From NCBI GenBank assembly GCA_028534125.1, contig CM052821.1, positions 52,390,001 through 52,454,000 on the forward strand: a stretch of DNA of 64,000 bases, written 5' to 3'. The notes beneath the pieces are model-generated. The model was not told the origin of the DNA. It did not search any database and was given only the letters and a program-made list of their open reading frames with translations. The position numbers were made by a program, and so were the translations under genes. Positions within the stretch are counted from its first letter, which is position 1. Every line of letters begins with the position of its first letter. This DNA comes from Lama glama (Eukaryota). Positions 13,291 to 24,500 of this stretch are shown here, piece after piece.

Positions 13291-14543
13291 ATCTGTTGAA
13301 TAATCGTCAAGGCATCAAGCCTCGCTCCCCTCTCTGTGGTCATAGCCTGCACCCTCCCTCAGACCCTGTTGGGCACCCAGGTCCCAGTCAAGGGGCAGAG
13401 GCTGCTCTTTGGGGGTTGTCGGAGCAGAGCCACTAACAGCCTAAGCAAGAGGCAGGAACCTTTCCTTCCCACGTGTACTTGTCATATGGATGCCGGCTCG
13501 TTGCCAAGGAGGTGGTTTCCCTGGCAACAGGCAAGCAGGGGTTGTCGAAGCAGGCTGGAGAGACAGGTGGTGCTCTGAGGCAAGAGAAGGGAGGGGAGGT
13601 GGGGAGGGGTGGAGGGAGTCTCCGAGAGGCAGCGGGGCATGAAAACCTGTGTAATAAACCATTTGGCACTTGGGAGACCCTTACTTCAAGGGCATCAAAC
13701 ACAGGGATGGCAGGGCTGCCCTAGGGACCAGTTCAAGGGGCCTGTGAGTGAGAAAGAGGGTAAGCCTTGGGAGAGGGGCTTCTAACCTGCCTCTGAGTAG
13801 GGAAGGGGGCAGGGCCTCCCCAAGGAGGAGCCACAATTCCAGTGGAAGACATCTTCCAAGGCTTGCTCTGGCCTGTTAAGCCTTCACACCTGCCCAGAGC
13901 ACCAGCCACTGACAGCAAGTCTGGCCCATGGGATGGGATCTGCTCCTCAGCAGCCCTGGGCCCTCACCCTCAGTCTACCCTGACCTGGATCTCCACAGAT
14001 CTGACATCCTCCCAGGTTGGACATCTCTGATCACAGAGAGAAGGGAGGAAAAGATGCCCTTACTGACATCTCGGCAGGGGAGCAGAACTCAGATCCCACG
14101 GATGGCTCCATTCTCTCTCATGTCCAGTCCATGTGGGCTGCCCACCACATATTAGCCCAGAGAGGCCCAGAAATGTCTTGGGTCACACAGGCCCTTGTGC
14201 CCTCGGCTGTGTGTGCTCCCAATGGCCTGGGCATGCGGCTAAGGGATTCCCAAGACAGAGAATAGTACCCTGCCTGGGACCCCGCAGGCTTCTGACCCAC
14301 ACCGTGGGGTGAGTGGGAGCCACTGCAAGTCTGAGGGTAGGGGAGGCTGCAGAGGTTGCTGCCAATTAGCAGCTGCTGAGCGAAGCCTTTGACAAGTCCT
14401 GACCTGCTGGGCTGGATTTGCATGCAGGGTGTAACCTGCATCACTAGGCTGTGAAATGCAGGGCGGCCTTCTTGGCCTTCCTTGGTGGCGATGGGACTGC
14501 CTCTCTCAGGGTATGCCTGCAGGGAGAAGGCCAGGCCTCTGAA

Positions 14544-14684
14544 TGGGCTGGGCTGGGCTGGCCTGGGACTGTGCTGTGCGAGGGCTGGACTAGACAGTGA
14601 TGGCATGTGCTGTGCTGTGCTTTGCTCTGTCTGAGCTGGGCTGTGCTGTTCTGCTCTGTGCTGTGATGGGCTGGGCTGGGGCTG
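14544..14684. repeat. Degenerate pentamer repeat (GGGCT/GTGCT/GAGCT)n
   Basis: tgggctgggctgggctggcctgggactgtgctgtgc...tgtgctgtgctgtgct...gggctgggctggggctg. Confidence 0.85.
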
Positions 14685-15429
14685 CTTGTTTGGGGCCCAG
14701 GCCCTCGGAGCCCTTTGCTTCCTGCTGCCCAGTATGCGCGGTGGTGCTGACGCAAGTGTTCAGCAGCCCTGGCAGATGTGTGAAGTCAGTGCCGAGGCCT
14801 TTGTCCAGGCCAGCCGAGCCAGAGCTGAAGTCAGCTGCCCTGGGCCAGGATCTAATCTGAGGGTCCTGGACACTGGTCCCCCTGTAGTACCCACCCCTGT
14901 GACCAAAGAAACTAAAGAGCTGTGCTGTCATGGGCACCTGTGAGATTATTTGCATGACGCCCTCTGGGGGCAGATGGGTGAGATCTGGGGGCATTGCTGA
15001 GAGAGAAGCGGTTGGTACTCAGGAGAGAAGGGGCCCCGCTGCTCTAGGGCAAGGCCCCGGCATGTCTGAAGTGAATGGCCCACTGCAGGGACAGGAGTCC
15101 AGGGAGGCAGGGCCGGGACAGGCCTCCAATGAAGGCCCCTCGTGCTAGGCTGAGAGGCTGGCAGTGGGGAGCCACGGGAGGTTTCTGAGCGGTGTGTTAG
15201 GAAGGCCTCTCCCGCTGCAGTGAGGAGGGGGCGGGGCTGGAGCCTGAGGGCAAGAGCGAGGGAGGGCGCTGGGCCAGGTGGAGGCTGGAACAGGGCTGAG
15301 GGGAGGTGCCCAGATGCTTCTGGGGAGAGTGAAACCACAGTGTTGGCCCCACATTCACCACGGGGTGCCCACTCTGTGCCCAGCCCCGAGTCCCACAGAA
15401 CTCCGGGCACCTGGGGCCTAAGAACAGAC

Positions 15430-17290
15430 CTCTGCTCATCGCTGAGCACCTACTGTGTGCCTGGCACTGGGCTGGTGTGGAGGGAGGGGCCCCAGACAGG
15501 CCACAATCACACAAGTAAATGGTATTTGTAGGGGCCACCAAAAGACACAGAGAAGGAAGATACGGGGGTTGGATCCTAGAGGTGGGTGAGGAGGTCAGGA
15601 AAAGCCTCCCTGCGAAGGCGCCCTCTGAGCAGAGAGCTGGGGAGTGAGGGAGCAGTCCCGTGGACAGCTGCAGAAAGGACACTCCGGAGCAGAGGGCACA
15701 GCCAACAGCAAGGACCCGCAGTGGGTGGTGTGTAGGGCAAGCCCGATGCATTTATAGAACAGCAAGGAGGCCAGCGTGACTGGAGCAGGTGAGTGAGAGG
15801 GAGAGACAGTGAGAGAGCTCTCAGGGGCCACTGTCAGGGCTCTGATGTTGACTCTGAGTGAGACAGGAAACTCTGAAGGACCGTGGCAGTCTTGAGAATG
15901 TGATTTGCAGACCTCTAACTCCAGGGATCAGCACTGACCAAAGGCTCCAGCTTCTGGCCTCTGTAACCCATCAGAGGCACAGAGGCACAGAGGCCACACA
16001 CACCACGGGCTACCCCCAGCCAGCTCTGAGCATGGCAGGGATACCACCACAGCCTCCCGCCTGGCAGACCCAGGACTCCCCAGATTGGGCGCTCCCGATG
16101 GCCTTGCTGAAGCTTCCCTCAACTGTGCGGTGGTCAGTGCTTCCCCTCTGCCTTCCTTTACCCTTGCCTTCACCCAGGACCACGTCTGCATCAGTCTGAC
16201 AACTCTCCCAGTCTTTTCCATTTCTCTCTCACAGGTGGTTTCCCTAATAAAACCACCGCCCATTTAACTGTGGCTTAACGTCTGCTTCCTGGGGGACCTA
16301 GACTCATCCAGGACTCTGAGCAGAGCGAGCTGTGAGCTGTCTGCGGTTGGACAGGATCACTCTGCTGCTGCGGGTGGAGCGCAGGCTGTGGGGCGAGGAT
16401 GATAATGGGCCAGCTGGTTAGAAATCAACTGCTGGGCTCCAGGCAAGCCGTGGTGGCGGCCCCACCTACTTTAGCCCTGGAGGAGTGGGGAGGCTCAGAT
16501 TCCAGACATGCTTGACGCAAGGTGAGCTCATGGGTCAGATGTGAGCAATGAGAGAAGGAGAAAAAGAAAGCACAACTTCAAAATGTTTAGCCTGAGCACC
16601 AGGAAGGATGGAGGCATCATTCACTGTGTGAGGAGGAATATGGGAAGAGGCACCCAATGGGTGAGGAATTGGAGATTGGTCTGAGAGAGAAGCTGGTAAG
16701 GGAGTTGAATGGAGTTGATTCTGCTGTTCAGAGGAGACAGCTGGGCTGAACAGATAAATTTGGGAGTTATCAGAAGGTAGATGATCTCAAAATCTTGAGG
16801 CTGAATGAAATCACTCGGGAAGGGGAGTGAAGATCAAAAAGAAAGGGTCCAAGGTCTGGACTCCAATGTTTAGAGGTCAGGGCTCCTCTGGTTCCTAAGG
16901 AGGAACCAGTGAGGGAGGCTGAGGAGGCATGGCAGTGTCAGAGGGGCATCAGGAGAGGGTGGAATGTTCCAGAAGCAAGTAAAGAAAGTGTGTTAAGGAG
17001 GAGGGAGAGTTTGATGGTGCCAGATGCTGCTGACTCATCAAGGAAGATGAGGACTGGGAAATGACCACTGGGTTTAACAACGTGGGTGGAGGTCAACGGT
17101 GACTTTGAGCAGGAAGGTTTTGGTGGGCAGCAAGCCTGACTAAGTGGGTTGGAAAGGAGAGAGAAACTGAAGACAGAATTTTGACACATGTTATAGGACG
17201 TTGTGGAGAAAGGGCAGAGTTGCTAGAGGGGGCTGTGGGTTCAAGGTAAGGAATTTAAGATGGAAGAAATCATAGTATGTTTGCAAGCTG
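15430..17290 (-). mobile_element. Long L2 relic, interrupted by an LTR16
   Basis: gagcacctactgtgtgcctggcactg (L2 3' end, reverse) followed by a purine-rich L2 body (aggaagatgaggactggg...gaccactggg...). Confidence 0.7.
15895..16310 (+). mobile_element. LTR16-like (ERVL) solo LTR
   Basis: Ends tttccctaataaaa...gtctgcttcctgggggacctagact, resembling LTR16 3' ends. Confidence 0.65.
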
Positions 17291-17519
17291 TAAATGTGAC
17301 ACTGTATCATTAGCCCTATATTACAGATTATGGAGCCAAGATGCAGGAAGTTTAAGTAGCAGAACCTGTGAGCAAAAGAACTAGGCCTTGAACCCCAGTA
17401 TGTCTGGCTCACTCCAAAACCATGCTCCTATCAATTTTCACATACACACACACACAAATTGGAGTAGAACAGCTTTTTTTTTCATGTCACAATATATCGT
17501 GAGCCTTTTCCACATAAAT

Positions 17520-18400
17520 AAAAAGCAAAAATTGACATAATCAGGAGAAATATACAAATCTACAATCATATGGGCAGATTTTAACTCAATTCACATAACA
17601 ACTGATAGACAAAAAAATCAGTAAACTATGACATACTTTAACAACAGGATCAATAAACTTGACCTCACTGACACATATAGAGCTCTCACTCATCCATGCA
17701 CAATGCAAGTTCTCTTCAAATGCACATGAAATACAAGCTGACTATAAAGCAAGTCTCAAAAGACATCAAAGGAATAAAATCATACAGAATATATTCTCTG
17801 GTCACAGTGAATTAACAAGGAAAAAAAAAACCCCAGAATGATAATTAGAAAATAGTTAAACACTTGAAAATTAAGCAAAACACTTTTAAATAACTCATGG
17901 GGCAAGAAGGAAATCTCAGCAGAAAATTTAAACTGAAAGATAATGAAAATATGACATATCAAAACTTGTGGGATGTAGGTAAAGCCACATTTAAAGGGAA
18001 ATTCATAGCCTTAAGCGTATAAATGAGGAAAGAAGGAAGATTGAAAATCAGTGATCTAAGTATCTATTCAAAGAAAGTAGAGGAGAAGTACACAAAAGTC
18101 CCGCCCTGAGGTTGCTCACTGTCACCACTGCTATTCACCATCACTGCCCGAGGCACTACAATAAAGCAAGGAAAAAAAAAAAAAAAGAAAGAAAGAAATA
18201 GAAACTTTGAGGAATAAAAAGGAAGAAATGAAACTTCCATTATTTATAGATGACATGACTGAGTTCACAGAAAATCCAAAAGAATTTACAGGGAAACTAT
18301 TAGAATTAACTAGTGAATTCAGCAAGGTCACTCTGTAAAGTCAACATACAAAAGCCACTTGTATTTCTACATACTAGCAATAGACAGAAAATAAAGTTAA
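17520..18400 (+). mobile_element. Ancient L1M ORF2 fragments
   Basis: A-rich; aataaacttgacct..gacacatatag, catatcaaaacttgtgggatgtagg, gatgacatga, gaattcagcaaggt (endonuclease/RT region). Confidence 0.85.
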
Positions 18401-18846
18401 AACAGGACAACACAGATAGGGAGGATTAATGAGATAACAGGAGTAAAATCCTACCACAGTGCCTGGCATGTAGTAGGTACCCAAAAAGTGACATGTGACA
18501 TCAGCACCACTGTTGTTAATGTCATTCTTACCTGTCCAAGTCCAGCCCCAGCTGCTGGGACTGGTCTCAAAGGCTAGCAGAGTCTGCAGCCTCCCTTCAC
18601 ATCTCCTTCCAGGCCCTAAAACCTCTTGCAGCCACCCTGCAGCCCTGAAGGGCCACTGGGCCTCTTCCCCACACTCCAGAGAAGTCCGCCTGAGCCTCAG
18701 AGAGGCCTAAACACAGGCAAGAAAGATGTTTCATGAAAAGTGAGTCTCTCCCATTAAAACTAATCTTGTAGAAGGGTATTTATTCGTGTGGAAAGATGTT
18801 CATGAGATACTGTAACAGGAACAAAAATAGCTGTATTACTCCAATT

Positions 18847-19346
18847 NNNNNNNNNNNNNNNNNNNNNNNNNNNNNNNNNNNNNNNNNNNNNNNNNNNNNN
18901 NNNNNNNNNNNNNNNNNNNNNNNNNNNNNNNNNNNNNNNNNNNNNNNNNNNNNNNNNNNNNNNNNNNNNNNNNNNNNNNNNNNNNNNNNNNNNNNNNNNN
19001 NNNNNNNNNNNNNNNNNNNNNNNNNNNNNNNNNNNNNNNNNNNNNNNNNNNNNNNNNNNNNNNNNNNNNNNNNNNNNNNNNNNNNNNNNNNNNNNNNNNN
19101 NNNNNNNNNNNNNNNNNNNNNNNNNNNNNNNNNNNNNNNNNNNNNNNNNNNNNNNNNNNNNNNNNNNNNNNNNNNNNNNNNNNNNNNNNNNNNNNNNNNN
19201 NNNNNNNNNNNNNNNNNNNNNNNNNNNNNNNNNNNNNNNNNNNNNNNNNNNNNNNNNNNNNNNNNNNNNNNNNNNNNNNNNNNNNNNNNNNNNNNNNNNN
19301 NNNNNNNNNNNNNNNNNNNNNNNNNNNNNNNNNNNNNNNNNNNNNN
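18847..19346. other. Assembly gap (500 N) inside NFAM1
   Basis: N run; the round size suggests a placeholder of unknown true length. Confidence 0.99.
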
Positions 19347-20428
19347 GATCCATCCTTATCCCCATTTCTGGAGGAGAAAACTGAGACTCAGAGAGGGGCA
19401 AAATTGACAAGAGGGCAGGGCCTGCATCTGTCTTGCTTTCCTCTGTGTCTGGCACTTAGCCCAGTGCCTGGCACATTCTAGATACTCAACAGCTATTCCT
19501 GGAAGGAGAGGAGGGAAGATGAGAGGGAGGGGGAGGAAGAAGGTGGGGGTCATCAGGCCATGCAGCAGGGGGAGGGGCTGGGATCGGAACTCAAGCTGAG
19601 GCTCCAAGGTTTGCCCCCTCCTGTCTTCCCCCCAAGACAGAGCACCTACTCTGCACCAGCTGCCTCCCTGGCCTCACAGGACACCGAGATCCAGTCATTA
19701 CAGCCCACTTTTTGCAAAGCAGGGGCTGAAGTGGGGGCTCAGGGTCAAGGTCTCTCCCTGGCCCCTCTCTGCGCTCACCCGCCATGCTTCGTGCTCGTGG
19801 AAGGCACCAGTGTGGTCACACAGCTAAGCCCGGTGTGAGCCCCTCCGCACCCCTGCCTGAGGCTCAGTTACTGTGTCCAAGCCCAGGTTCCAGCCCGGGG
19901 GCTGCTCGGTGAGAGCAAGTCGGGAGCTGTCCCACTTGTTCCCATCACTGGGAGTGCAGCAGGGTGGGGACAAAATATACTGAGGGCAAGTCACGGCTCT
20001 CTGAGCCTCACTTTCCAGAGCTATAAAGTGGGACGTAACCTCCCTCCTGAGTTCCAGCAGGACATAAACCAGAGCAGGCAGAGGAGGGTGCCTGGCACAC
20101 AGCAGCGCTGAGGACACAATTCTTCCTTCCTTCTAGGTGGCTGGGGATCCCGGGAACCTGGGACAGGGGTTCCTAATCTGAAGAGCTGGAAATGGTAAGC
20201 CTGTGGGCCTGCAGCTTCCGCCAGATACTCAGAGGGACTCGTGACTTGGAAAAGGCTGAAGAGCCCTGGTTTCTTGCAACAAGATCAAAAGGGACCTGGT
20301 GGTGACCAGGTAGCAGCACAGGCCCAGCCAGCCCGGGACAGGGAGGGATGGACACCCACCACAGGCACCCTCCCAGGGCCCATGGTGAGTGGGCTGGGGG
20401 CGGCGTTGCAGGCGCGTGCATCCCCTAC

Positions 20429-20541
20429 CTTCTTCCAGAGCAGCAGAGCCGTGCCCAGGATGCTCAGGACAGTCAGGAGGCCAACGAAACAAAAGAGCAA
20501 GAGCTTCTGTGGGCCCTGGGAGGGGTCTTGGTACCCTGTGT
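20429..20541 (-). CDS. NFAM1: NFAM1 coding exon 3 (transmembrane segment)
   Basis: Acceptor ...caccacccag|AC, donor AAG|GTAGGG, 113 nt, phase 1-0. Translates DTGYQDPSQGPQKLLLFCFVGLLTVLSILGTALLLWKK. Confidence 0.96.
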
Positions 20542-21177
20542 CTGGGTGGTGAGCCAGGAAGCAGAGGGGTTAGTTACCTGGGAGAGGCCGGGGCACACCC
20601 CACCCTCCAACTCTAGGCCTTTACCCGGGACCCCACTTACAACCCTCCCCGGCAAGGACCCCCAGACCCCACCTCTGCTGAGTCCTCATTCCCACACTCG
20701 CTTAGCTGAGTTCCCTTCTGTCTTTGCTGTCTTGATTCTTGTTCAGGGCAAGGACCACATCCTTTGCTTCTTAGGTGTCCCTGCCTCAGTGCACTGGCTC
20801 CACTGAGAGGTGCTTGTGGGGCCTGGGTGAGTCATTTCATCTCCTGGGACTAGTGATCATTTGGGCAGGAGTGGTGAGGGTGAAGGGGGTAGGTTTTTAC
20901 TGGGCCTCACAGGTGCTGGCCTGCCCCAGGGGTGGGCCTCAGGTCACCAGCCAGAGGTGGCCAGAGTTAGAGCCACACCCCAGGCCTCTGCCCTTCCCAC
21001 ACGAAGGTGGATGTCTCGACCTATCTGTGTGGCCAGAGGCTCCCGAGATTGCTTTGCTCTGTTTTGCTGAAGCTGAAAGACAAGGCAGACATTCCCCGCT
21101 TTAGCTCCTGTGCCCAAACTCTGCTGGATGAAACCTCTGGACACTCTGTCCTGGAAAAAGCCACAGAGGAAGCTCAC

Positions 21178-21507
21178 CTCTGACCAGGATGAAGGTACCG
21201 TTGCCTGTGATGCTGGAGTTCTGCCAGTGGACCGAGCAGTAGTAGGTGCCGGTGGTGGATGCATTAGGCAGCTTGGGGGTGACCTGACACACTGTGGTGT
21301 GGGTCTTGTTCTCTCTGCCCTGGTGAAGTTTGCAGCCTGTCTGCTCCTCAGAGCTCTTCTGGCCCTGGAGGTCCACATGAAAGTAGCTGACTCTGAAGTT
21401 CTTGAGCTCGGGGATGTATGGATAGGTGATTCTGCAGCTGAAGGAAACGGCCTTGTTGGCCAGAGAGACCACAATGGGGAGGCCAGTGTGGGTCACCGAC
21501 TGCCCTC
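21178..21507 (-). CDS. NFAM1: NFAM1 coding exon 2 (Ig V-like extracellular domain)
   Basis: Acceptor ctccttttccttcccccacag|GA, donor GAG|GTGAGC, 330 nt, phase 1-1. Translates GGQSVTHTGLPIVVSLANKAVSFSCRITYPY...TGTYYCSVHW...GTFILVR, closely matching the NFAM1 Ig domain. Confidence 0.97.
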
Positions 21508-24500
21508 CTGTGGGGGAAGGAAAAGGAGAGGGTGGCAGCTCTCTCTGCGGGCTGCTTCAGTCCCATCTGCTTCCCCTTGAGGACGTGGCTCACACTTGCA
21601 CTTCCCATGCATTCAATGTGTGTGTCTGTTGTGCCGAGCCCTTTACTCATAGGACTCTACGTTTCCCAACACTTCCAACGCAAAGTGTGTCAGGGCTCCA
21701 TTTTACAGAGAAAAAGAGTCCGAGGGTCAGGGAGGTCAAGCTGCTAGCTTTCAATTTCTCAGCAGGTATGGAGTGAAGCTGCAACCCCGCCCAGGGTTGG
21801 AAGACTCCAGATCCCATACTCCTAACCACTCCTTCCTAAAGGCCAAGGAGCCACACTGGATAAAGGCACAGGTCAGAGACGACTCAAAGCTAGTGAAGGA
21901 TGAGAAGTAAAGACGAAGGAGGCAGGAAACAAAATAAAGAAACCCTTTCTGGCAGGAAGAAGCACTTCCTGGCACAGACAGACACACAGAGGGAGGCAGG
22001 TCTGCCCATGGCTCTCCCCAGCCTGAAGGAGGAGGCATGCAGGCATCAATCAGGAGAGACTAACCTTTCTCTGAATCTGAGCTCAGAGAAGGATTTGTCA
22101 AGTTTTTATAGAATATAATAAGCAGTTTTCTGACAACGCAGAGGTGTTCCTTATACAGCCATTTGGCTGTGACTATTACAAAGGCAGTTCTGTGGGAGCC
22201 GTCTTCTCCCCCACCCCCTCCAGCCACCCCTCTCATCAGAAGCACTTAGGAAAACTGAAAGCCCCCAGTACAGCAGCCTGCCTGGCCGAGCCTCCCAGCC
22301 TCCTGCAGGCTCTGGGATGCTGGTCAGATTCTGGGCTGGGTCAGCAGCTGCCACCTCCCCAGCCCCCCTGCTTCAATATGCCCTGTGCCCCAGCACCTTC
22401 CTTCTCCAGCAGCCGAACCACAGACAGTTCTAAATTGAGGTCGGCTGCGAGCAGCTGAGAACATGCTGGCCAGGCTGTTAATCGGGAGAAGATCATGGAG
22501 CCGCTCGGAGGGAGCAGAGAGATTTATTTGGTTGGGGAAGTGAGGCATGGGCCTCCCGCTGCGGTGTGGGGCTGGCAGGAGGCCAGGCTGGCTTCTTCTC
22601 AGGACTCTTCAGCTCAGCCGGGGGCTGGATCCCCAGGTGAGGCGAGGTCAGGCCCTGTGGGGAACTCGGGGACGGGGACGGAGATGGCCTTCCACACCAG
22701 CCAGTCTGGCCAAGCTTGGGCCACGCTGCTATTTGGAGCTTCCTGCTGAGCAACTAAAGAGATCCCATCCCCCCAAAATCTCAAGCTGGTGACAGTTCCA
22801 GGGAATTGACTGGCGTGTCTGGATGTCACAGAGGGTTGGCTTTGTCATCCGTGATGCTCGTGTGTCGGGAAGCACTGAGCCGGCTCCTGGGGCTCCCCTC
22901 TGGTGGGTGAGGCGGGGGAGTTCTTCACACCACACTTTACATCTCCCGGCTGGTGGTGGTGGTTGTTTAACTATAACAATATATTAGTTTTGTCATAAAA
23001 CAAGAAGTTTTGATTCAGGGATGAGGTTTGAGGTGCCGCAGGGGCAAGGTGGGGTGCAGAGGTGGCAGGAGGGGAGCTGTCGCATGAGCCCCCGCGTCCC
23101 TTACATCCACCTCTGCTGTTCCCTTGGCCTGGAACCACCACCTCCTCACCTGGCCAGGACTGCGGGCCCCGGGCTCAGCTGGGGAACCAACTTTTACGCA
23201 CCTCCCCTTTGGTTCTCCCAGGGACTGAGCCAGGCAGCCAGGCAAACACCAGCGACAGGCTGATATTTCCTCCTGGGGGTTGGGAGGTTGGAATCCAATC
23301 AAAAGCACCAGGAAAGCACCCAGCCAGGGCCTGCAGGGAGGCCTCTTCCCCTCCCCCAGGGCCTCCTGCTCCTCTTCCCGTGTACCTAAGAGGCCACTCC
23401 AGGCCCCAGGAGGCTGGACATGTCGGCACTTTGAGGTCACCTTCCTGTTTGTTCTGGCAGGAAGACATTCATCCAATTGTCTTAAAAAATTATCCTCATC
23501 TGAGGTTTCCTTCTAGAAAATGATGGAACCTGCTAGAGCAATTAAGCCGATCTTTACAATTCTGGGGAAATCTATAAAAATAGACGACCATTGTTCTGTA
23601 TTCTTCCGTGACTCATTATTTTAAGGTCAGACGGATAGGATGGTGAAAAGGCATGGCCCTGGCTCAGGTCTGCCACAGAGAGAACCTCAGAGCTCGGGTG
23701 AAATTGCCGTCTCCAAAAAGCAAAATGATGAGGCTGTCTCTGTGGATCAGCAAGGAGACAGCAGGCCAACGGCCAGGAGGAGGGGGGCCGGCCTGCTGAT
23801 GCAGCAGTGCGATCGGGTTCTGGCCTGGTGATGTAGCCTCCATGTCCCTTCTTCCACTGGGGCGTCAGCACCCTGGAGCCTGGACCACAGCAGCCCAGCT
23901 CCCACCCCTCTCCTGGACATGTGCCTCCGAGAGACCCCATCTGGGGTGCAGGCTGCTCCAGTTGGCTGCCGCCTAGAAGCATCCCCCAGTTAAGGCTCAG
24001 TGCTACAGACAGGTGCGGAGTAATTTCCAAGTCCACGAATCCTTTTCTGCTACCATTTGTTTGCACCTCCAACAAACATTTAGGAGTACCAGTTAGATCA
24101 CAGGCCTCGTTCGAGGCCTGGAGGGGCTCCCTGCCAGGGCAGTGTCCCTGTCTAACAGGGAAACAGAGGGAGCCTGAGGTGGGAGGGCTAGTGGGGAGAG
24201 AATCACTGATTCTGACTCGGGAGATGAGAGATGGGTGGTGAGACCCTGGGGGTCTGGAAGTCATCAGTGAACTGAAAGCAGGACACACGCACAGTGAGGC
24301 TGGAAATGGCTCAAAAACAGAGGGGAAAGAAAACATACTCTGGCTGGGTGTGACACAGGCCCTATGTCAACTAAACACCATGACAAACCTATGAGGCAAC
24401 TGCTGCAACCCTATTTTGCAGATGAAAAAAACCAGTGGGTCTTAGAGGTCCAAAGCTGCAGAGGTCCTAAGTGGTAAAGTTGGGATTGGAACCCAGTTTG

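Noticed and set aside
18760-19455. Long ORFs containing X runs (also 1708-2012 and 55370-56111)
   Set aside because: Artefacts of translating through N gaps.
23572-24336. 254-aa minus-strand ORF
   Set aside because: Intronic, P/S-rich, no recognisable homology or supporting exon structure.
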